A stretch of DNA of 64,000 nucleotides, taken from Eledone cirrhosa (Eukaryota). The stretch covers positions 317,130,001-317,194,000 of the forward strand of contig OZ024743.1 of assembly GCA_964016885.1 (NCBI GenBank). The letters run 5' to 3'. This document shows, piece by piece, positions 13,161 to 24,240 of the stretch. Each line of letters opens with the position of its first letter. The stretch's first letter is position 1. A program made the position numbers and the translations under genes. The notes beneath the pieces were generated by a model. It was given only the letters and a program-made list of their open reading frames with translations, was not told the origin of the DNA and made no database searches.

Positions 13161-13517
13161 TATGTATGTATGTGTAGGTGTAAATGTGTGTATTGCTTAC
13201 TACGTGTGTTTGTTTATTTATTTGTGTCCTTTCCTGTATCGCTGTCAACTTTATAATTTTTATTTTTATTTTCTTAAGTCGTATATTTTTTATTTTTTAT
13301 TTTGATGTGACGACCTTTTGCATCCATTGTTTTTTATTTTTATTTTTTATTATTATTTTTTCTTATAATTAATTGTGTGTGTGCGTATGTAGGTGTGGGT
13401 ACATATATCTATATATGTGTGTGAGTATGTATGCGTGTATATATGTGTGTATGTATGTGTGTATGTACGTGTGTATATATGTATGATTATATGTGTGTGT
13501 ATATGTATATGTGTGTG

Positions 13518-13557
<40 letters not shown>

Positions 13558-13613
13558 ATGGAAAAATTTGAACATATATATATATACATGTTTGTGTGTA
13601 TGTGTATGTATGG

Positions 13614-13677
<64 letters not shown>

Positions 13678-13733
13678 GTATATATATATATGTATGTATG
13701 TATGTATGTATATATATATATATATATATATAT

Positions 13734-14201
13734 GAATTTGTCAACTCTTATTAATGGTCAGTCCACTTCTACGAAATGTAATGTAAAAATAACATTTTCT
13801 TCTTGTCTCCCCACCCTTCGGTTCATTCATCCATATATCTATAATCGCCCAGAATCCACATCCTACTTCTTAATTGCTATTCTATAATTCTGTCTGACTG
13901 TTCTAAATAATCTTCTCCTCGCTACCATTTTGGGAGAAAATTTTTCCAGGATTCATAAAAATGGCTTCTCTCGGCCCTCTAAATCGCTATCACCCCCCCC
14001 CCCCTCTCTCTCTATCATATACGTCCCTCTCTCTCTCTCGCTCACTCCCTACTCGCACCAAATATAAATAAACCTGTTACGAAGTACGAATCTCAGAATT
14101 TGTCAACTCTTATTAATGGTCAGTCCACTTCTACGAAATGTAATGTAAAAATAACATTTTCTTCTTGTTTCCCTACCCTTCGGTTCATTCATCCATATAT
14201 C
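13734..14201. repeat. Direct duplication (period 362 bp); second unit is split by the LTR element and resumes at 20198
   Basis: gaatttgtcaactcttattaatgg at 13734 and 14096; tataatcgcccagaatcc at ~13840 and ~20202. Confidence 0.9.
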
Positions 14202-14835
14202 TTTAGGGAATTGGTCACAGGGTTATTTACTTTGGTAAACGCCACTGCAGGCCAACCACTAATTAAATTCGATACAGATATGATAAGGTTAACAAACTTA
14301 CTCGTGAGTGAACTGACGGAGAGCCGGTCGCCAAATAATCAGCATGGTAAATTAAATGTTATTGAGACAAGAGTAACATAATAATGATGTCAACAGCAGA
14401 CATAGAGATGAAATGTATGTTTATTTTTGTTGTAGCACAAATAATTGTTTCTACTTTAGGCACAAGGCCAGCAATTACCCAGTGCATTACTGGTACTTTA
14501 TTTTATCGACCCCGTAAAGATGAAAGGCAAAGTCAACCTCGGCGTGTAGTACAAATAATGTTGGTTAAAGTTACACATAAAAATGAGGTTACAAAAGGGA
14601 ATGTGTCATTGCGCCGGAAAGTCGGCAGGTTAAGGTGCAAAATCTCACCGTCACATGTACGTGTTGCTGGTTCGAAGTCCCAGGTGCGAGAGAGAGATTT
14701 TCTTCAAATCTTCGCGGGTAATTTCTCTCTCAGGACGCGTAGGGATACATCCTCTTCTGCTGGCGCTGATTGGCTGAGCTGAGCCAAATCACGCACAGAG
14801 AATGTATGTGAGCCCGCGGAATGTAGGTCACTACA
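14202..14835 (-). repeat. 3' LTR (contains truncated SINE 14440-14544)
   Basis: Matches 19475-20197; on the element strand it begins TGTAGTGACC and ends CCCTAAA. Confidence 0.95.
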
Positions 14836-14850
14836 ATACCCCCCTTCTAG
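14836..14850 (-). other. Polypurine tract
   Basis: Reverse strand ctAGAAGGGGGGtat lies immediately before the 3' LTR. Confidence 0.85.
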
Positions 14851-15228
14851 ACGGAAGTCGATACAGATTATTGAATCAGCAAGAAAAAGGTTCATGTCTG
14901 CAAGCATTAACACAGTAAAAAAAAATGTACAGCAAAAGATGCAAAATGCATGAAAAGGTAACACTCTTCGCAATAAAGGGGCCCCAAATGCGATAAACAC
15001 AAATAAATTTTTTGCTAGGCACTGAAAATGCCACATGTAGCATAGCTATAAAAATGCACTAAAAAAAATGGACTGTGTCAGAATTGACAACAGTCGTAAT
15101 GTTACGAAAAATAACATATATTGACACTGCCGTAGGCAGTCAAGAATCAAAAAGCAACACAATGAAATATACAGCAAAAACAATTGGAAGAAGAAAAGAA
15201 TACAATTCAGTTTATATTACTGCATAGC

Positions 15229-18200
15229 TTACGAGGCCAGTGCACCCTTCGCCCAGAACGGGTCGTAGTTCTGTATGTTGATGGTGGTGGGGGGGGGAGA
15301 AGAAATAGGCGTATGTGGCAAAGAAAAAGAAGGGGGCATTTGAGTTTCAAGTGTCATTGTGTCATTGTCCAGGTTTGCTCGTTTGAGACGATCAACGGAA
15401 ACCGTTTCCCTGGAACCCCGAATGTCCAGTGTGAAATATTTGTCTGTGCGAGCAAGCACACGATAGGGTCCAGAGTACGGCCGTCGAAGAGGGGGTCGCA
15501 CGGCGTCGTCTCTAACGAACACATGTGTCCACAAGGCAATATCCCTTGGGACGGCAGTTTTTACAGTCTGCTTCCTAGTGCCCATCGGTGGTAGATCCTT
15601 GAAATAAGAGTGAAGCCGGGACATGTAGGAAGCGGGGTCCTGCGAAGTCAGGTCAAAAGGGGCCAGCATTTGCCCCGGTAACGCCAGAGGAGTACTATAA
15701 ACTAATTCGGCAGAGGAGAACCCAAGGTCCACCTTTACCATCGACCGAATACCCAACAACACAATAGGTAGGTACTCACTCCAACGTGAAGAGTCCATGG
15801 AAGCCCTTAAGGAGGCTTTGAGTTGCCTGTGGAATCTTTCCACCATTCCGTTTGATGCTGGATGATATGCCGTGGTTCTTATGCGAGTAGCGCCAATAAT
15901 TTGTGTTAATTCACGGAAGAGGTTCGATTCAAATTGACGATCGCGGTCCGTTGTTATTGTGGTTGGTACACCGAAACGAGCGATCCATGAAGATACGAGA
16001 GTACGTGCTGTCGTTTCAGCAGTGATATCTGTCATAGGGATGGCTTCAGGCCAACGCGAAAAACGGTCAACGATCGTCAAAATATACGAATAATCACGAC
16101 TAATCGGCCACGGGCCGACGATGTCCACATGAATGTGACGAAATCTGGCATCAGGACAGGTGAAAGTTCCGAGAGGAGTTTTAACGTGCTTATAAACTTT
16201 TGACTTTTGGCAAGCGACACAGGAACGGCACCAAGCAGCAATGTCACGTCTCATATCAAGCCAGAAAAATCTGGCTGTTATGAGTTTTACTGAGGCTGAT
16301 ACTCCAGGATGAGAAATGCCATGTAAAGCAAGAAACACAGTTCGTCGATGTTCCACTGGGACTAGAGGTCGTGGTGAGTCCAACGAAACATCACACAGTA
16401 TTTGTCCGTCAGCCGTTGAGATCGGAATGTATTTCAGTTTGCAATGTACAAACTCTGGCGATGTAACATCCAACGATTCGAGAGTGGGTTGAGCAGCTGC
16501 CATTCGATGTAAATCTATCTCCTCGGTAGACGAAATCGATGCGATCGGCAGGCGAGACAGCGCATCGGCCGCTGTATTCAAAGAACCCGGAATATGTTGA
16601 ATGTCGTTCGTGAACTGTGAGATGAAGTCCAGATGTCTCGTTTCTCTGGGCGAGTATTTGTCTGCTTTAGTTCGAAGAGCAAACGTCAAAGGTTTATGAT
16701 CAGTGAAAATAGTGAACATTCTACCTTCAAGTACATGAGCAAAATGTTTCACTGATAAATAAATTGCTAATAGCTCCCTTCCAAAGGTGCTATAGCGAGT
16801 TTCGGCAGGCTTTAACTTTCTCGAAAAGAACTCGAGTGGTTGCTGTAACTCCTCACACTTCTGCTGTAAGACTGCGCCCACGGCGCTATGCGAAGCATCA
16901 ACACAGAGCGACAGCTCGGCGTTGGGCATGGGGTGGGCGAGCAAAGATGCAGTCGCTAATGCTTTCTTCACTTTCTCAAAATCCGCCAGGTACGTTGCAT
17001 TTAATGAAATGTTCATATTCTTCCGTCGACAGTTTTTAAAAATTTCTGTCAACGAGGACAGTAAGCCGGAACAATCAGGCACGAATCGCCTATAAAAATT
17101 CACAAGGCCCAAGAATTGCCATAATTGTCGAAGCGAACTTGGCGGAGGAAAATCCAAAATTGCCTTAACTTTTTCCGGAAGGGGCCGAATACCATCAGCA
17201 TCAATAAGATGGCCCAAAAATGTTAGCGATGTCGAGCCGAAAACACACTTAGCGGCATTAACACGAACATTATATTTCTGTAAACGCCGAAATAAGATAT
17301 CCAAATGTTTGGAATGTTGTTCAGGAGAAGAACTAGCAATCAGTACATCATCGATATTCGTGTAAACAAAATCGAGACCACGAGTGACATGATCCATGAA
17401 TCGTTGGAAAGTACTTGCAGCATTTCTAAGTCCGAAAGGCATAGTGAGGAACTCGAATGATCCGAAAGGAGTGGCAATAGCAGTCTTTGGAATATCCTCC
17501 TTTTTAACCGGAATTTGATTATAAGCGCGGATCAAATCAAGCTTAGAAAAGATTCTGCAACCCTGCAATGACGATGCAAAATCCTGCAAATGCGGGATTG
17601 AATAACGGTCAGGCACAGTAATCGTGTTTAAGCGTCGGTAGTCACCCGTCGGTCTCCAATCACCAGAAGATTTAAGTACCATATGCAGAGGCGATGCCCA
17701 AGGACTTGTGGAACGCCGAATTATTCCTAATTCCAGCATGTGGTCGAATTCAAGACGTGCAGCTTTCAACTTCTCTGCAGATAATCTTCGAGGACGTGAG
17801 AAAACGGGTGGACCTGTAGTGGATATAAAGTGTTCAATCACATGATCCGGACTAGCAATTCGTAATCTTCCTTGCGTCAGCTGTGGGAATGATTTTAACA
17901 AACTGTGATACTGGTTGCCCACTTCAGACAAGAAAAAAGCAGGGCTTACTGTGGCGATCTCCGGCTTTGTACCCTCGAACGATAGGCCTGTATTAGCATC
18001 AAAAAGTTGTTGTCTGCGGATGTCAATCGATAAGGAAAAATGGTGGAGGAAATCCGCTCCCAAAATGGCGTATGGCAAGTCGGCGATAGTAAACTTCCAC
18101 TGCAATTCACGACGCAAATTTTTAAACCGAAGAGGAAGCGAAATGTGCCCGTACGTTCGAATGGCCGTGTTGTTGATTGCTCGTAAATTGATATTTGATT

Positions 18201-18408
18201 CAGATGGGGTTCTTTTAAGATAACTGACTGGCCAAATACTTAGTGATGCGCCAGTGTCGACAAGAAAAAATTTTTTTGACTGCAGATCGTACACAAAAAG
18301 ATGACGGTTTGGTCGAGTTTCCCAGAGTTCACTAGCCGCCCTAGTGGCTCTGATTGGCGTTTTCCGAACTCCTATAGTTGCAAGGCGCCCGACTGCCAAA
18401 GTTAACAT
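15229..18408 (-). CDS. pol: Gypsy Pol polyprotein (protease, RT, RNase H, integrase), 1059-aa open frame
   Basis: FLVDTGA protease; [28 protein letters not shown] (YIDD variant) RT; [23 protein letters not shown] RNase H; [23 protein letters not shown] integrase; GPY. Confidence 0.95.
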   Translation of the reverse strand: MLTLAVGRLATIGVRKTPIRATRAASELWETRPNRHLFVYDLQSKKFFLVDTGASLSIWPVSYLKRTPSESNINLRAINNTAIRTYGHISLPLRFKNLRRELQWKFTIADLPYAILGADFLHHFSLSIDIRRQQLFDANTGLSFEGTKPEIATVSPAFFLSEVGNQYHSLLKSFPQLTQGRLRIASPDHVIEHFISTTGPPVFSRPRRLSAEKLKAARLEFDHMLELGIIRRSTSPWASPLHMVLKSSGDWRPTGDYRRLNTITVPDRYSIPHLQDFASSLQGCRIFSKLDLIRAYNQIPVKKEDIPKTAIATPFGSFEFLTMPFGLRNAASTFQRFMDHVTRGLDFVYTNIDDVLIASSSPEQHSKHLDILFRRLQKYNVRVNAAKCVFGSTSLTFLGHLIDADGIRPLPEKVKAILDFPPPSSLRQLWQFLGLVNFYRRFVPDCSGLLSSLTEIFKNCRRKNMNISLNATYLADFEKVKKALATASLLAHPMPNAELSLCVDASHSAVGAVLQQKCEELQQPLEFFSRKLKPAETRYSTFGRELLAIYLSVKHFAHVLEGRMFTIFTDHKPLTFALRTKADKYSPRETRHLDFISQFTNDIQHIPGSLNTAADALSRLPIASISSTEEIDLHRMAAAQPTLESLDVTSPEFVHCKLKYIPISTADGQILCDVSLDSPRPLVPVEHRRTVFLALHGISHPGVSASVKLITARFFWLDMRRDIAAWCRSCVACQKSKVYKHVKTPLGTFTCPDARFRHIHVDIVGPWPISRDYSYILTIVDRFSRWPEAIPMTDITAETTARTLVSSWIARFGVPTTITTDRDRQFESNLFRELTQIIGATRIRTTAYHPASNGMVERFHRQLKASLRASMDSSRWSEYLPIVLLGIRSMVKVDLGFSSAELVYSTPLALPGQMLAPFDLTSQDPASYMSRLHSYFKDLPPMGTRKQTVKTAVPRDIALWTHVFVRDDAVRPPLRRPYSGPYRVLARTDKYFTLDIRGSRETVSVDRLKRANLDNDTMTLETQMPPSFSLPHTPISSPPPTTINIQNYDPFWAKGALAS

Positions 18409-19133
18409 GATACCAACAAATCGAAGAATTACTGCTGCCTGAAGTGTAGTGTTGGCGAGGAACAGAAGACGGTGGCGAACGGTACTCGTAGCGGTTTCGA
18501 GGAATAGCAGACGGAGGCGAACGGTACCTTAAACGTTGAGAAGGCTCTCTATGTTGTACAGTCAATTCTTCTACCTTTTTGGTGAGAGCTTCAATTAACT
18601 CCAACAGTTTGCTGTCGGCCACAGAATTGCGTGGGGGGACGCAAGCTGAAGCCACATAAGGATTATGCCGATTGCTGTTCGAGTCCACCTCAAGTATTGT
18701 ATCGGCAGACGCGGCAAGTTGCTCTAACGACTCCCTCTCCAAACTATTAACCAAAATCCTTTGCGCACTTGGCGGTAAACGTGAGAAAAAGAGCTGCTTT
18801 ATGAAGGGGGTGTCAATCCCCTGGGAGTCGCTCAACTCCCGCAAATAGGAGCTCGGCTTCCTGTCACCCATTTGAGCATCGTCCAACTCCTGAAAACGAC
18901 TCTCTACCGACTTAGTATTTCTCTGAAGAATTTCGTTTTGAGCCGTAGGTAACGTCGGCGTCCAAATCTGTCACAACGTCCTTCACCGAGAATGCCAAGG
19001 GAACAGGTAGGCCATTGATCAGGACCTTCAGCTTTTGCTGTTCTTTTGTCTTGGTTAATTCAAAGAAACATTCCAGCTGCACAAACCACAACTTGATGTC
19101 GCCTGCGAAGGACGGCAAATGATGTTGACTCAT
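18341..19133 (-). pseudogene. gag: Gypsy Gag, broken by a frameshift near 18912
   Basis: LPSF..DIKLWFVQLECFF (19133-18912) then [38 protein letters not shown] (18886-18341). Confidence 0.85.
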
Positions 19134-19455
19134 GGTGCCACGTATTTGATGAATTTTTGGTGTTGGTTAATAGTTAGCCAGGTGTTGCTGCTGATGGCTG
19201 GTACTTGGTGGTAGCCGTTTTGAAATACTGCTAATTTTTTTTCTTTAAAAAAAAATTCTAAAGAAAATCATTTTCCATGAAAGTTATGACAGAAATATTG
19301 TGCAGGCCGCGTGCTTCAACAAATGGAATATTATGAATTTTATGGACTTACGCTAAGTGAGTCTAGCTACCCGATTCGAACATTCCAAATGTTAAGCCAC
19401 TCCACATTGCCGTTAAAACGAATGGCGAATTCAAATAGGCTGCGTTTTCATACTT

Positions 19456-19473
19456 AATCGTCGAAGGTCACCA
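19456..19473 (-). other. Primer-binding site, tRNA-Trp-like
   Basis: Reverse strand TGGTGACCTTCGACGATT, 1 nt inside the 5' LTR; resembles the complement of the tRNA-Trp 3' end (TGGTGACCCCGACG). Confidence 0.8.
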
Positions 19474-19474
19474 A

Positions 19475-20197
19475 TTTAGGGAATTGGTCACAGGGTTATT
19501 TACTTTGGTAAACGCCACTGCAGGCCAACCACTAATTAAATTCGATACAGATATAATAAGGTTAACAAACTTACTCGTGAGTGAACTGACGGAGAGCCGG
19601 TCGCCAAATAATCAGCATGGTAAATGAAATGTTATTGAGACACGAGTAACATAATAATGATGTCAACAGCAGAAATTAGAGATGAAATGTATGTTTATTT
19701 TTGTTGTAGCACAAATAATTGTTTCTACTTTAGGCACAAGGCCAGCAATAACCCAATACATTACTGGTACTTTATTTTATCGACCCCGTAAGGATGAAAG
19801 GCAAAGTTAACCTCGGCGGGATTTGAACGCAAACCATTAAGGGGCGTAACTCTTTGCTGAAAAGCATAGCGTCAGACCCTCTACCGATACTGCCAATCCA
19901 CAAATAATGTTAGTTAACTTGTATGGTTGAAGTTACACATAAAAATGAGGTTGCAAAAGGGAATGTGTCATTGCGCCGGAAAGTCGGCAGGTTAAGGTGC
20001 AAAATCTCACCGTCACATGTACGTGTTGCTGGTTCGAAGTCCCAGGTGCGAGAGAGAGATTTTCTTCAAATCTTCGCGGGTAATTTCTCTCTCAGGACGC
20101 GTAGGGATACATCCTCTTCTGCTGGCGCTGATTGGCTGAGCTGAGCCAAATCACGCACAGAGAATGTATGTGAGCCCGCGGAATGTAGGTCACTACA
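19475..20197 (-). repeat. 5' LTR (contains near full-length SINE 19714-19898)
   Basis: Matches 14202-14835; adjacent to the PBS. Confidence 0.95.
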
Positions 20198-20610
20198 TAT
20201 CTATAATCGCCCAGAATCCAAATCCTACTTCTTAATTGCTATTCTTAATTGCTATTCTATAATTCTGTCTGACTGTTCTAAATAATCTTCTGACTGTTCT
20301 AAATAATCTTCTCCTCGCTAACTACCCCATACCCCTCCCCCATTCTCCACCTTTATTATTTGGACCAATCACAAGTTAACGGCCTATGCTATCACTTCTC
20401 CTGGTTGCTTTTCGATATGATGGATGGACTAAGGAATTTCTGGAGAGTCTGAAGAATCTGGACACTCGAAGACAATGCCAAAGATAACGACAAATTCACC
20501 TCATGCTGTCGGACGAAAGGGCAAGGACGCCTCCTCTTTGTTTCGGCCGCGGATGGCCAACATAACCCCAACCCCATCCCCCTCACCCCTCCCTGCGCCC
20601 CATCCACCAG

Positions 20611-22218
20611 GTATTTTGTCGACTTGGAGAAAGCCTTCGACAGAGTCCCCCGTTCCATTATCTGGTGGGCTCTTAGAAAACTAGGTGTTGATGAATGGCT
20701 TGTGAGAGCTATACAAGCCATGTATAAAGAAACAGTCAGCAAGGTTAGAATTAACAACGAATATAGTGAAGAGTTTAGCGTAAAAGTTGGTGTTCATCAG
20801 GGCTCCGTTCTTAGCCCCCTACTATTTATTATTGTCCTTCAGGCTATAACAGTGGACCGGCTGCCCATGGGAACTCCTATACGCAGATGATCTAACGCTC
20901 ATAGCTGAATCAATGGCCGAACTAGAGAAGAAATTCCAAACATGGAAGCATGGCCTAGAATCAAAAGACCTTAAAATTAACCTGTCTAAGACTAAAGTTC
21001 TAGTTTGTAGGAAGGAAAATAGGGCACCGGTCCCATCCGGGAAATGGCCATGCTCAGTGTGTAGGAAAGGAGTAGGTAGAAACTCCATTTTATGTCCCAA
21101 ATGCAAAGTATGGGTGCATAAAAGATGTAGTGGAATCACAGGTAAGCTAACTAAGAACATAGATTTTATATGTGGCCGGTGCTCTGGTGCAATAAGTAGC
21201 AGCAAGTGCCCACAGAATACTAGCTCATTCCATTGCACAGATGGTTCTATAGAAATAGTGGACAGCTTCCGTTACCTGGGTGACAAAATCAGCAGTGGGG
21301 GAGGGTGCTCTGAAAGTACAGTAGCTAGAGTCAGAACTGGATGGAAAAAATTCAGAGAGCTTATACCACTATTAGCCTCTAAAGGGTTCTCCCTGAAAAT
21401 GAAAGGTAGGCTGTATGATGCCTGCATACGAACAGCAATGTTACATGACAGTGAGACCTGGGCATTGTGTGCAGATGATATACGCAGACTGGAGAGGAAC
21501 GAAGCTTGCATGCTCCGCTGGATGTGTAATAGTAATATACGTGAACGGCAAAGCATAAGCGAACTAAGGGAAAAATTAGAAATAAGAGGGATCAGATGTT
21601 GTTTACTCGAGAGAAGACTACGTTGGTACGGTCATGTGATGCGCATGAAAGACAACAGCTGTATAAAAAAATGCAGGGCAATAAAAATAGACGGTAGCCA
21701 CGGAGTAGGCAGACCCAGAAAAACCTGGGACGACTTGATCAATTCCGACCTCACACACTTACACCTCTCCAAGACAATGTCACTGGACCGAGATCTTTGG
21801 CGTTACACAGTAATAGAGAAGACCCGCCTTACCTAAGTACAAAGTGAAACCTACTACAGTCAGTAGGCACCTCTAACAAAATACACTCCCGTCTCACTAC
21901 CCCCACCCCATCCACACCACCCCTTTCAATTTAAAGTTATGTTGGTACTACAACATCCAGCCCAAAACAAATGAGGTCGTGTAGGTGTCACGACAAAAAA
22001 CACACAGTCCACGCTGTAATGTGGCCGTGTAGGTAACACGGTAAAAACCTCCCAGTTCCACACTGTAAATGTGGTTGGAGTTAGGAAGGGCATCCAGCCG
22101 TAGAAAACCCGCCAGACAGTCCTATGTGAGCAAGACAACCACCCTTGCCTCAAGTGGGAAAACTCCCGTCCAAACCCATGCAAGCGTGGAATATGGACGT
22201 TAAATGATGATGATGATA
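20611..22218 (+). mobile_element. RTE-clade LINE, 5'-truncated (subfamily A)
   Basis: DLEKAFDRVPR, GVHQGSVLSPLLF, LLYADDL, Cys-rich WPCSVC..C..C..WVHKRC..C..C, RRLRWYGHVMRM, GRPRKTW; 3' UTR ends in (TGA)n. Confidence 0.93.
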
Positions 22219-22387
22219 TATGTATATATGTGTGTATGCATATATGTGTGTGTGTGTGTGTGTGTATGTGTGTTTATCTACTTTTATATTTATTCTGTTT
22301 CCTTTCCTTCTTCCTTTTCCAGCCTCACTTTCATATAGATTATATTTTTGTTTTTAAAATCCACTGTCAATAAATACACCAGGATTT

Positions 22388-22448
22388 TTTCATTCTGATG
22401 ACTGAAAGCAAATTTTGTTTGCTTTCAAGAAACCACTGGTAAATGAAA
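22388..22448 (+). ncRNA. Type I hammerhead ribozyme motif
   Basis: tttcatt-CTGATGA-c[tgaaagcaaa ttttg tttgctttca]a-GAAA-ccactgg-TA-aatgaaa: 7-bp stem I, 10-bp stem II, GUA triplet. Confidence 0.8.
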
Positions 22449-22526
22449 TAATTATCTCATGTTGTTTATTACATAACTACATATATATAGAGAGAGAAGT
22501 AGTAACACAATAGTTAGTTCACCATA

Positions 22527-22567
22527 CCGAGAACAATTGTTTCACCTTATGCGGATCTTCAGCTCGG
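22527..22567 (-). ncRNA. Minimal type I hammerhead ribozyme motif
   Basis: Reverse strand ccgag-CTGAAGA-tccgcataaggt-GAAA-caattg-TT-ctcgg: stem I ccgag/ctcgg, palindromic stem III ACAATTGT, weak stem II. Confidence 0.72.
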
Positions 22568-22571
22568 ACTG

Positions 22572-22605
<34 letters not shown>

Positions 22606-22613
22606 ATACACAC

Positions 22614-22650
<37 letters not shown>

Positions 22651-22652
22651 CA

Positions 22653-23610
22653 TGTCCTGGGTATGACATTAAGCTACATCCAGTGGCAAAGCTCCAGTTC
22701 TGGAGTTCAGGAGCTTTGGGGAATGTGGAGTTACTCCTTAGTTGTCATAACTCCCAGGTCTGCTCTGGCCCAGAGTAGTAACTGTTCAGGCCCCATGTAT
22801 GGGTTAAATAATTACCTTATTCGAGTAGCGCCGGTAAGGTATTATCAGCTAATGAAAAGAACCATGGAGAGTCGATTTAACAGCACTAGGGTTAGAGCCC
22901 GTAACTACACTGTCAAAGAACAGTCTGGCGTTATGACTCTGCTGGCTTAGAGCCACAGGGCAGGCCAGTGGATGATGGATCAGCTATCTCTGAGACAAAT
23001 ATAAAGAATGCAGTTTTGTCCTGCAGAAGAGCCATTAAAGTGGGTATTCTGAATGTGAGGACACTTCGGATGCTGGAGAAGAGAGAGGAGTTGGGTCATC
23101 TGTTCGAGGAGAGTGGTATGCAGATATTTGTGATCCAAGAACACAGGATCCTACACGATGAGCCCGTGAAGAGAGTGATGATCGGGAAGAAGAGCCAGCT
23201 CATCACCACATCAGCAGTGAAGAACACGACGAATACTGCAGTAGGAGGAGTGAGTTTTGTTTTCAGTGCAGGGAGCAATCTATTGGTGAGGGAAATCATA
23301 CCTGTCTCCCTGCGAGTGCTGAGGGTGACCTTCAATGGAAACCCAAGACAGACAGTCATCTCAGCCTATAGTCCAACCGAGGGAGACAGTGATGTGAGTG
23401 CAGAGGAGTTCCATGAGGAGGTGTGTAGAGCTGTCAACACCACACAAGCTCACATCCTGCTTGTTCTGGGGGACTTCAATGCACATCTGAGTAAGGAGAC
23501 AGTGAAGTTCCTTGGTGGTACTTCCATAACAACACCATCCGAAATGGAAGACTACTGAGAGACACCCTGCTGGAGGCGAACTTGATGGCAACCTACCAGA
23601 ATTTCTTTAG
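22653..23610 (+). mobile_element. RTE-like LINE 5' portion with AP-endonuclease remnant
   Basis: VGILNVRTL, FVIQEHR, ISAYSPT, LVLGDFNAHL motifs in ORF 22968-23558. Confidence 0.85.
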
Positions 23611-24034
23611 AGAAGGGCCTCAAATTAGTAGCCATGTGTGTCATGAGGGTTGACTACAAGGGTTAGCGCCAGTAACAATATCCGACCATAAAACATTGCA
23701 AAATAAATCCCTTTTTAAGTAAATACAATGGCCTTAAAATGCTTGTGGTAGTTTTTATTGTATAGCTGATATGGAGATAAAACATTACTTTAAAAAACAC
23801 TTGATGATTATGTGGCCTGCAAGGCTAACTCCTTCTTTAGTAGAGAAAAAACAACAGCAGCAGCCTTAAAACATGTGATGTTGCTGCTACCAACAGTTTC
23901 AAAAGTATACTTTAAACATTATTAAGCCCTAATTATTAGTTACTTAAATTATTGCTACATTTGATGGGGGAAGAGGGAGTTCTAAGACCTTGCCCATATA
24001 CTAGAGCAACCATTGTACATACAAATTTCCTAAT

Positions 24035-24240
24035 GAAAGTGAAACTAGTGTAATATTCACCTCCAAAGTGAAACTGGTGTAATATTCACCTCCAAAGTCA
24101 AATTGGTGTAATATTCAACCCCAAAGTGAAATTGGTGTAATGTCCAACCCCAAGGTAAAACTGGTGTAATATTCACCTCCAAAATGAAACCAGTGTAATA
24201 TTCAACCCCAAAGTGAAACTGGTGTAATATTCAACCCTGA
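24035..24240. repeat. 29-bp minisatellite (~7 units), part of a MITE family
   Basis: Unit aaagtgaaactggtgtaatattcacctcc; the same unit and similar downstream flank occur at 32312-32600. Confidence 0.9.

Larger units (their letters stand above)
14202..20197 (-). mobile_element. Full-length Ty3/Gypsy LTR retrotransposon, CsRn1-like
   Basis: Two LTRs, 4-bp TSD TATC (14198-14201 and 20198-20201), tRNA-Trp-like PBS, PPT, gag with CWYH..FG..A motif, pol in PR-RT-RH-IN order. Confidence 0.96.

Noticed and set aside
24035-24240. 29-bp repeats here and at 32312-32482 as a CRISPR array
   Set aside because: Units are head-to-tail with no unique spacers, there are no cas genes, and the context is eukaryotic.
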